A stretch of 64,000 nucleotides of DNA. Source: Thalassobaculaceae bacterium (GTDB lineage: Bacteria; Pseudomonadota; Alphaproteobacteria; Thalassobaculales; Thalassobaculaceae). Positions 9,725 through 17,378 of this stretch are shown in pieces. The notes below the pieces were generated by a model, which was not told the DNA's origin, ran no database searches, and worked only from the letters and a program-made list of their open reading frames with translations. Location of the stretch: NCBI GenBank assembly GCA_965228875.1, contig OZ245843.1, positions 2,586,616 through 2,650,615 on the forward strand, in the 5' to 3' direction. The translations under genes were made by a program, and so were the position numbers. Every line of letters begins with the position of its first letter. Position 1 is the first letter of the stretch.

Positions 9725-10342
9725 TCACGCCGGGGGCTCGCCCGGGGCCTCGCCTGGGGCCTCACCCTGCGCCTCGCCGTGCGCCTCGTAGTGCACCAGG
9801 CTGTAACCGTTCTCCGGCCGCTCCCAGACCAGGGTGAAGCCGAGGGACTCGAGCAGCCGGCGCGAGATCGTATTGTCGCCGCGGGCAAAGGCGACGATCC
9901 GGCGCAGGCCGATCCCCTCGAAGCCGTGGCGCAGGGTCGCGGTCGCCGCCTCGCGCGCATAGCCCCTGCCCCGCGCCTCCGGCAGCAGCCCGTAGCTGAT
10001 TTCCGGGACGGTGCCGTCCTCCAGGTAGCGCAGGCCGCACTCGCCGAGATACGCCCCGGTCGCGCGGTCGGTCACCGCGTACATGCCGAACCCGTGCTCG
10101 TCCCAGTGGGCGATCATGTCGTCGACCACCTCGGAGGCGGCCGCGTGATCCAGCACGCCGAGCTTGCGCACCGCCATCACCGCCGGGTTGCCGAGAAAGG
10201 CGATGAGATCCGCCCGCCGGGACTCGTCGGCCGGGTGCAGGATCAGCCGGCCCGTCACGAGCGGGCCAATCTCGAGCTGGCCGGTCTTTGACGGGCCCGG
10301 TCCGCCCGCGTCGGCCGGGCTCACAGGCCGAACCGGGACCAC
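9725..10342 (-). CDS. RimJ/RimL-type GNAT acetyltransferase
   Basis: EISYGLLPEARGRGYARE and NTISRRLLESLGF motifs. Confidence 0.85.
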   Translation of the reverse strand: MVPVRPVSPADAGGPGPSKTGQLEIGPLVTGRLILHPADESRRADLIAFLGNPAVMAVRKLGVLDHAAASEVVDDMIAHWDEHGFGMYAVTDRATGAYLGECGLRYLEDGTVPEISYGLLPEARGRGYAREAATATLRHGFEGIGLRRIVAFARGDNTISRRLLESLGFTLVWERPENGYSLVHYEAHGEAQGEAPGEAPGEPPA

Positions 10343-11172
10343 ATCGCCCGCTCTCCAAGTGCCGCTAGCGCCGCCTCGCCCCAGGCCGCCGGATCGAATC
10401 GCTGCTCCGCCGCCATGCCGAAGCGCAGCCGCTCCAGCAGCGGCCGGCGACGCTCCACCAGCCGGAACCGGGTCTTCTCACCATGGCGCGCCCGCATGGT
10501 GCGGCGAAGCTCCCCCTCGCCGTCGGCCAGGCCGTAGTCGATCCCGCGCGCGCCGGTCCAGAACTTGCCTTCGAACAGCTCCGGCTCCTCGCCGGCCTTC
10601 AGCCGGTCGCCGCGCCGGTCCCGGACCCAGTCGATGAAGCGGTGGTGCATCTCGACCTGGATGGCCTTGAGGTGGGAGACGTCCTCGTCGCGCTCCGGGC
10701 TGAACGGGTCGAGAAGCGCCTTGCGGGTCCCGGCGGTGTGGACCCGGCGCTCGACGCCGAGCTTCTCCAGCGCCTCGACGAAGCCGAAGCCGGCGCTGAC
10801 CACGCCGATGGAGCCGATGATCGAGGATTGGTTGACCAGGATCTCGTCGGCCGCGCAGGCGATCCAGTAGCCGCCGGACGCGGCCACGTCCTCGACGAAG
10901 GCGGTGACCGGCTTGTCGTGCTCCGCCGCCAGGTCGCGGATGCGCTGGGCGATCAGGTCGGACTGCACCGGCGATCCGCCGGGCGAATTGATGAGCAGGG
11001 CGACGGCGGTCGTCCGCTTGTTCTCGAACGCCTCGCGCAGAACCGGGGCCAGGGACTCGAGCGACAGGCCGCGACGGGACGGGCCGCCGCCGATCACGCC
11101 GCGCATCGGGACGACACAGACCGTCGCGCGTCGTCTGCGGAAACGGTCAAGCAGGGGATCCAGGAATGCCAT
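10321..11172 (-). CDS. S49 family peptidase (SohB/SppA-like)
   Basis: INSPGGSP, DVAASGGYWIA and IGSIGV motifs. Confidence 0.9.
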   Translation of the reverse strand: MAFLDPLLDRFRRRRATVCVVPMRGVIGGGPSRRGLSLESLAPVLREAFENKRTTAVALLINSPGGSPVQSDLIAQRIRDLAAEHDKPVTAFVEDVAASGGYWIACAADEILVNQSSIIGSIGVVSAGFGFVEALEKLGVERRVHTAGTRKALLDPFSPERDEDVSHLKAIQVEMHHRFIDWVRDRRGDRLKAGEEPELFEGKFWTGARGIDYGLADGEGELRRTMRARHGEKTRFRLVERRRPLLERLRFGMAAEQRFDPAAWGEAALAALGERAMWSRFGL

Positions 11173-11213
11173 GCCCCGATAGATAGGATGCGCGGGGCGA
11201 AAGATCGAGGGCC

Positions 11214-11957
11214 TCAGAGCTCCAGCGCCGCGCCGCGCAGCACGGCTTCCGCCTGCGCCGTATACCCCCCGTCCTCGCCGTGCAGAACCATCCCGGCGGC
11301 CAGCCGCAACGGCGCGCGCCCGCCGCGCACGGCCCGCACCAGCACGCGCCCCGCGTCCCGCCCCGCCTTCGCGTACAGCGGAAACACCACCACCGACCCG
11401 AAACCGCGCTTCAGCGCCGCCAGGATATCGGCCAGGCGGTCGGCGCGGTGGACCAAGGTGAGCGTGCCCCTGTGCCGCAGACACCGGCGCGCGACGCCGG
11501 TCCAGTCGCCGAGATCGGCGCCCGCCTCGACCCCGGCGGCGGCACGCCCCGGCACGGGCGACGGATCGGCCCGCTCGGCGGTCAGATAGGGCGGATTGGC
11601 GGCGACATGGTCGATCCGCCCCGCCTCCCAGCCGCCCGGCAGGTCCGCGATGTCGACCCGCTCGATCCGGCCGGCGATGCCGTTCGCCGCGCGGGTGCGT
11701 TCCGCCAGTCCCGCCATCGCCGGGTCGCGTTCCAGGCCGATCACCTCGATCCCCGCCACCCGCACGGCGAGGCAGGCGAAGACCGCGCCGGCGCCGCAAC
11801 CGAGATCGACCGCCCGCTCGCCCGCCCGCGCCGGCACCGTGGCCGCCAGCAGCACCGGGTCGATCGCCGCGCGGTAGCCCGTCGCCGGCTGGAACAGCGT
11901 GACCCGGCCGTCGAGCAGGCGGTCCTCGGTAACCTCCTCGGTGACGTCCGTCATCAT
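11214..11957 (-). CDS. tRNA1(Val) A37 N6-methyltransferase-like SAM methyltransferase
   Basis: GYRAAIDPVLLA, DLGCGAG and NPPY motifs. Confidence 0.85.
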   Translation of the reverse strand: MMTDVTEEVTEDRLLDGRVTLFQPATGYRAAIDPVLLAATVPARAGERAVDLGCGAGAVFACLAVRVAGIEVIGLERDPAMAGLAERTRAANGIAGRIERVDIADLPGGWEAGRIDHVAANPPYLTAERADPSPVPGRAAAGVEAGADLGDWTGVARRCLRHRGTLTLVHRADRLADILAALKRGFGSVVVFPLYAKAGRDAGRVLVRAVRGGRAPLRLAAGMVLHGEDGGYTAQAEAVLRGAALEL

Positions 11958-12018
11958 ACGGGTTCCCGCGGCACCGGGCCGGAGAACGAGGGCGGGCACG
12001 GGTCGGCCACGGGAACCT

Positions 12019-12237
12019 CTATTTCGGGTCCAGCGTCTCGCCGGCCTCTTCCAGCAGGGCCCTGGCCGCGGCGAAGTCGTCGCTGCTGACCATCAGGCGG
12101 CGCGGGATCGCCATGGCGCTGCCCTCGAGCACGCTCATCCCGGCGTCCATCACCACCGGCTCGATCCCCTCGGCAGACAGCAGGGCCTGCAGATAGGACA
12201 GCCGAACCAGATCGTTGGTGCGCAACAGTTCCCGCAT
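12019..12237 (-). CDS. DUF2007 family small protein
   Basis: MRELLRTNDLVRLSYLQALL...IPRRLMV, in its usual position next to ispB. Confidence 0.8.
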   Translation of the reverse strand: MRELLRTNDLVRLSYLQALLSAEGIEPVVMDAGMSVLEGSAMAIPRRLMVSSDDFAAARALLEEAGETLDPK

Positions 12238-12355
12238 ATGGCAATCGCCCTCCCGCCGGGTGCGGGCAGAGACTTGGTTGACTTCGCCCCGCGACCGTCC
12301 TTTGTATGCTCGCACGTCAGACAGAGGCGTCAAGGAACGCCGCAGGAGCGATACC

Positions 12356-13384
12356 GTGTCCGTCACCGCACCGGCCTCTCAGCCCGGCTCCGACAGCGCC
12401 GACCGCAGGCCCAGCTTCGAGGCCCTGCGCGCGCTGGTCGCCGACGACCTCGTCAAGGTCAACGAGACCATCATCCGCGAGATGCACAGCCCGGTGGCCC
12501 TGATCCCGCAGCTCGCCGGCCATATCGTCGCCGCCGGGGGCAAACGCCTGCGGCCGATGCTGACCCTGGCCGCCGCCGGCCTGGTCGGCTACGAGGGCGA
12601 GCGGCATATCGGCCTCGCCGCCTGCGTCGAGTTTATCCATACCGCCACCCTGCTGCACGACGACGTGGTCGACGAGAGCGACCTGCGCCGCGGCCGCGAC
12701 ACCGCCAACGCGCTGTGGGGCAACCAGGCCAGCGTGCTGGTCGGCGACTTCCTGTTCAGCCGCGCCTTTCAGCTCATGGTGTCCGACGGCTCGCTCAAGG
12801 TTCTGAAGATCCTGTGCGACGCGTCGGCCGTCATCGCCGAGGGCGAGGTGCACCAGCTCGTCACCACCAACGACGTGGAGACCGACGAGGCCGCCTATCT
12901 TCAGGTCATCGAGAGCAAGACGGCGGTGCTGTTCGCCGCCGCCGCGCAGATCGGTGCAGTGGTCGCCGAGCGGCCGGTGGACGAGGAGACGGCGCTGGAA
13001 TCCTTCGGGCGCAATCTCGGCGTCGCCTTCCAGCTCGTCGACGACGTGCTCGACTACTCGGCCGAGCAGGAAGCCCTCGGCAAGACCGTCGGCGACGACT
13101 TCCGCGAGGGCAAGGTGACCCTGCCGGTGATCCTCGCCTATGCCGCCGCCGATGCCGAGGAGAAGGCGTTCTGGAAGCGGGTGATCGACGATCTGGACCA
13201 GAAGGACGGCGACCTCGCCACCGCCCAGGCGCTGATGCAGAAGCACGGCACGCTGACAGCGACCCTGCAGCGCGCCCGCGACTATGCCGCTGCCGCGCAC
13301 CGCGACCTCGACCTGTTCGCCCCGACCGAACACCGCCGGGCCCTGGAAGAGGTCATCGATTTCTGCGTCGACCGCGCCTACTAG
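12356..13384 (+). CDS. ispB: Long-chain polyprenyl diphosphate synthase
   Basis: GGKRLRP, LLHDDVVD, FQLVDDVLD and GDDFREGK motifs; AGGAG RBS before the GTG start. Confidence 0.92.
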   Translation: MSVTAPASQPGSDSADRRPSFEALRALVADDLVKVNETIIREMHSPVALIPQLAGHIVAAGGKRLRPMLTLAAAGLVGYEGERHIGLAACVEFIHTATLLHDDVVDESDLRRGRDTANALWGNQASVLVGDFLFSRAFQLMVSDGSLKVLKILCDASAVIAEGEVHQLVTTNDVETDEAAYLQVIESKTAVLFAAAAQIGAVVAERPVDEETALESFGRNLGVAFQLVDDVLDYSAEQEALGKTVGDDFREGKVTLPVILAYAAADAEEKAFWKRVIDDLDQKDGDLATAQALMQKHGTLTATLQRARDYAAAAHRDLDLFAPTEHRRALEEVIDFCVDRAY

Positions 13385-13516
13385 GCGTTTGTCCCCAGTC
13401 AATTCCGCCCATCCTCGGGCTGAGACCCGCCGCGAACCGGGGTCGGCCAAGAGCGGCGGTTGCGTCACCAGCGCCCTCGGCCGAGCATGTCCCTTCGACA
13501 GCGAAGGGCGATCCCC

Positions 13517-14146
13517 ATGACCATCCGCATCCTCGGCCGGGCCAATTCGTTCAACGTGCGCAAGGTGCTCTGGGCCTGCGACGAGCTCGAGGTGCCGTAC
13601 ACCCGCGAGGACTGGGGCCGCGGCTTCCGTCCGACCACCGATCCGGAGTTCCAGGCGCTCAACCCGATCGGCCTGGTGCCGGCGGTGGTGCTGGAGGACG
13701 GCACGGTCCTGCGCGAGAGCAACACCATCGTGCGCTATCTCGCCTCCGTCCACGGCGACGGTACGCTCTACCCGAGCGACCCGGTGGCCCGCGCCGGCGT
13801 CGAACAGTGGATGGACTGGGCCAACTATGAGACCTCGATCTCCCTGCGCGGCGCCTTCCTCGGCGGCCAGCTCAACGAGCCGCCGTGGAACCACCCCTGG
13901 TTCGTCGAGCAGGGCCGCGCCCACATCACGCGGGAGGTCGGGCAGCTCGACGCCCACCTGGCCGAGACCGGGCCATACATGACCGGAGAGCGCTTCACCC
14001 TGGCCGATATCCCCATCGGCCTCGTGGTGAACCGCTGGTTCAACCTGAAGGTCGGGCGGCCGGACTACCCCAACGTGGCGCGCTACTACGAGACGCTCAG
14101 CGCGCGGCCGGCCTATCTGAAGCACGGCCGCAACGGCCTGCCGTGA
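13517..14146 (+). CDS. Glutathione S-transferase
   Basis: SFNVRKVLW, NPIGLVP, ESNTIVRYL and FTLADI motifs. Confidence 0.92.
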   Translation: MTIRILGRANSFNVRKVLWACDELEVPYTREDWGRGFRPTTDPEFQALNPIGLVPAVVLEDGTVLRESNTIVRYLASVHGDGTLYPSDPVARAGVEQWMDWANYETSISLRGAFLGGQLNEPPWNHPWFVEQGRAHITREVGQLDAHLAETGPYMTGERFTLADIPIGLVVNRWFNLKVGRPDYPNVARYYETLSARPAYLKHGRNGLP

Positions 14147-14235
14147 CAGCCGACCGGGGCGCGGCCGCCTCCCTAAGTCGTTAAAGATAAATCAAATTCA
14201 CACGATCCGGTGTTACCGGCCGATCGTGGGTCGCC

Positions 14236-15078
14236 CTACCGGTCGACCTCGTCGCCGAGCCCGGCCGCCTCCAGGAACGCGCGGACGTTCTCCGGGGTCG
14301 CCAGGGTCTGCAGGCGGACCGTGAGCTCCTCGAGCCGGGCCTGGTGGCCCTGGCGCGGCAGATATTCGCGGAACGCCACGTCGCGGGCGGCGAGCTGGGC
14401 CAGGAAACCGACCCAGTCGAGGCCGACGCTGCGCTCGAAGCCGAAGGTGATGTGGGCCGAGCTGCCGCCGGCGGCCGAAGCCTTGTGCGGCATGCCTCGC
14501 GGCACGTACAGCACGTCGCCCGGCTCCAGCACCAGTTCGTCGAAGCCGGCCTTGTTCGAGATCTCCGACACCTGGCTGTCGGTCGGGTTGAAGTGCGGCG
14601 ACCGCGCAGCGCCGCGCAGCACCGCCCGGCACAGCATCCATCGCTTGCGGCCGGCGAGCTGCCAGACAAGCACCTCGTGGCGGTCGTAATGGGCGCCGAG
14701 CGTGTCGCCGTCGGGCCGCGACAGGTAGAAGTTCGCGTGGGTGACGCAGCCGGTCGCCCGGGCGATGGCGGTGTTGAGGTCGCGCAGGCGCGGCAGGGCC
14801 TTCTGCAGGTTGTTGACGATCAGCGGGCCGCCGGCGTCGAAGATGTCCAGGATCTCCGGATTCTCGGGGCCGGGCGTGTCGGAACAGGCGACCACCGGCG
14901 TCCCGGTCCGGTCGAGGACGTGGCGCGCCACGGCCGCCCGGATCTCCGGCAGCCCCACCGCGAACTCGAAGCCGTGATCGAAGCGGCGGTAGCGTTTGGC
15001 GAAGGTCTCGGTGAAGAAGTCCGTATCGGCCGCCGGACCCAGCATCCGGCGCCAGAGATCGGCGGTCGCGTCATCCAT
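14236..15078 (-). CDS. JmjC/cupin Fe(II)-2OG oxygenase (ROX/YcfD-like)
   Basis: AHYD HxD motif, QLAGRKRW and LEPGDVLYVPRGMPH. Confidence 0.85.
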   Translation of the reverse strand: MDDATADLWRRMLGPAADTDFFTETFAKRYRRFDHGFEFAVGLPEIRAAVARHVLDRTGTPVVACSDTPGPENPEILDIFDAGGPLIVNNLQKALPRLRDLNTAIARATGCVTHANFYLSRPDGDTLGAHYDRHEVLVWQLAGRKRWMLCRAVLRGAARSPHFNPTDSQVSEISNKAGFDELVLEPGDVLYVPRGMPHKASAAGGSSAHITFGFERSVGLDWVGFLAQLAARDVAFREYLPRQGHQARLEELTVRLQTLATPENVRAFLEAAGLGDEVDR

Positions 15079-15239
15079 AGGTCGGGTCCTTCGGTCCTGG
15101 GGTCGGGTCGGGGTGTCGGGCCGGGGGAGTCGGGCCGGGGGAGTCGGATCATGCCGGCACGCGCGCGCCGACCGGCTCCGGGGCGCATTCTTGCCCCGCA
15201 GCCCCCGACCCTGTCACCCCCGCCGCGAGCGGAGACGCA

Positions 15240-16265
15240 CTATCCGCACAGCCCGACAATCTCGGCGTGCAGGGCCGCGGGGATCGCCGCCCCCTCCGTC
15301 GCGGTCCGCGCCCGGTTGGCATGGCGGCGCCCCGCCGGCAGGCGCGTGCCCTGCTCCGCCAGGATGCGCTCGAACAGCAGCTCGGCGTGGGCGCCCCAGC
15401 CGTCGCCGCCGCTCAGCCGCGCCGGATCGATCGCCAGCATGAACTCGCCGCCGTTCGGCGGGCCGCCGTCCTTCAGGTCGCTCTCGAACGCCTCGAAGCT
15501 GAACTTGTCGCCGATCAGCGCGCCGGCCAGCAGCTCGACCATCAGCGCGATGGAAGCGCCCTTGTAGCCGCCGAAGGGAAGCTGGGCGCCGCCGTTGAGG
15601 ATCGCGGCCGGATCGGTCGTCTCGGCGCCGTCGGCGTCGATTCCGGTGCCCGGCGGCACGTCGTGGCCGTCGCGCGCGGCGATCATGATCTCGCCGCGGG
15701 CCAGCGCCGAGGAGGCCTGGTCGAACACCATCGGCGGCTTGCCCGGGCGCGGCCAGCCGAAGGACATCGGATTGGTGCCGTAGATCGGCCTGCGCCCGCC
15801 CGGATGGGTCACGTAGGGGAAGGCGGCGGTGAAGGCGAAGGCGCACAGACCGGCCTCGGCCAGCGGCTCGACCTCGTACCACAGGGCCTGGAAGTGGTGG
15901 ACGTCGGTGATCGCCAGGGCCGCCACGCCCTGGCTGCGGGCCCGCTCGATCAGCGGGTCGCGGCCGAGCTGCTGGGCCAGCGGCGCGAAACCGCCATCGC
16001 CCACGACCCTGAGCGCCGCCGGCGCCAGATCCTCGATCCGCGGCCGGGCGGCGCCGTTGGCCTTGCCGCTCTTCAGCGACTTGACGTAGCCGGGCAGACG
16101 GAACAGGCCGTGGCTCTTGGCGCCGTCGCGCTCGGCGTTGTGGATCACGTCGGCGACCGCGGCGGCGTTGTCCGCGTCGCAGCCGTTTGCCCGCAGGCAG
16201 CGCACGGTGAGGGCGCGGACCTCCTCAAGGGTCAGGGTGACGATGGCGCTGTCGCCGCTGGACAT
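15240..16265 (-). CDS. Ldh_2 family oxidoreductase (malate/L-lactate/sulfolactate dehydrogenase-like)
   Basis: SHGLFRL, GTNPMSF, PFGGYKG and RLPAGR motifs. Confidence 0.9.
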   Translation of the reverse strand: MSSGDSAIVTLTLEEVRALTVRCLRANGCDADNAAAVADVIHNAERDGAKSHGLFRLPGYVKSLKSGKANGAARPRIEDLAPAALRVVGDGGFAPLAQQLGRDPLIERARSQGVAALAITDVHHFQALWYEVEPLAEAGLCAFAFTAAFPYVTHPGGRRPIYGTNPMSFGWPRPGKPPMVFDQASSALARGEIMIAARDGHDVPPGTGIDADGAETTDPAAILNGGAQLPFGGYKGASIALMVELLAGALIGDKFSFEAFESDLKDGGPPNGGEFMLAIDPARLSGGDGWGAHAELLFERILAEQGTRLPAGRRHANRARTATEGAAIPAALHAEIVGLCG

Positions 16266-16390
16266 GGGCGGGTCTCCTGACAGGGGGTTCGGGGCGGCGG
16301 GCCGCCGCGGGCGCGTCAGCAAAGCAGAGCCGGACGGCCGGCGAAAGCCCCTCTACGAAAGCCCCTCTCTGAACGGGTCCCCACCAGGGC

Positions 16391-16430
16391 CTCTGGCCGG
16401 ACCTCTGGCCGGGTCTCTGGCCGGACCTCC
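16391..16430. repeat. 12-bp tandem repeat (CTCTGGCCGGAC, 3 copies plus a partial)
   Basis: Read directly; one copy has variant final bases. Confidence 0.85.
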
Positions 16431-16610
16431 CCACGGGACTTTGCCAGGCTCTCCCGATGGGCGGCGGCGGGGCTTCTGACCGCGCGCACGGACGCCCTCC
16501 GCACGATCTGCGTCTCCAGGCGAGTTCGGCCTTGATGCGCCGGGGCCGGTCCGCTATATGACGCCCTCGCCTCCCGGCGGGCCGTCACCCGGCCCGCCCT
16601 CAGGTCCGGT

Positions 16611-16687
16611 CGGGGAGTAGCTCAGCCTGGTAGAGCACTGTCTTCGGGAGGCAGGGGCCGGAGGTTCGAATCCTCTCTCCCCGACCA
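16611..16687 (+). tRNA. tRNA-Pro (anticodon CGG)
   Basis: CGGGGAG/CTCCCCG acceptor stem, D-loop AGCCTGGTA, anticodon arm CTGTC-TTCGGGA-GGCAG, GGTTCGAATCC T-loop, encoded CCA. Confidence 0.97.
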
Positions 16688-17378
16688 TTAACTTTTCGAC
16701 GGTTTTGCAGGCAACGGGAACGCCGCAAACCAGCCCGAAAAGTGTATAAATCTCAATGCGTTGTATAAAATTTCCGAGATTTTCGTGACTTTTCAATGCC
16801 GCGGGGTTTGGCGTGATTTCCGCGGAAAACCCACTACGAAGCTACTACGGGCTGAGCGGTGGAAGTTACAACTCAAATTATCTATTAGTTTCAAATATTT
16901 ATTCCTCACTACAGAGATCTGTGTATAAATTCCTCACGCCCGTTTGCTAAGATCACTGTCCCAAGCAAGGGACACGCGAGTTTGGGGTGTCGCAGTTCGC
17001 GATCAAGGTCTGGCGTTGCGAGAGTTTTCCTGGGGTTGCAAGAATGCGCGAGCTTCCCTCGCCAATCTGGCGCCCGTAGAACGCTCTCTCGCACGGCAAG
17101 AGCAGCCAGCCAGAAGAAGCAGCTCCGGATGCAGGACGATCACTTCAGCCCGTCGAAAGTGCTGTGATCGCGTTCGGCAGTATGAGTTTGGACACTAGGT
17201 CGGAACGAAGTCCGTCTACCACTCACTAGGTCCTACAGATTTAGCCCACCACACGCTATGGTCTCCCGTGGTACGCCGTGATCGCGTATACAGCGGTTTC
17301 CGGAAACTTTGGCCAATGGCCGCCACTGATCCGGCAAGATCGATATATCGCATGGGTTTCCAAGCTACGGGTAGGCCA

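Noticed and set aside
16391..16430. CRISPR-like array
   Set aside because: Contiguous 12-bp units with no spacers and no cas genes; no CRISPR array was seen anywhere in the window.
16909..17198. Short ORFs in the islet leader as partner genes or an integrase remnant
   Set aside because: No RBS or recognisable motifs; overlapping ORFs on both strands are equally poor.
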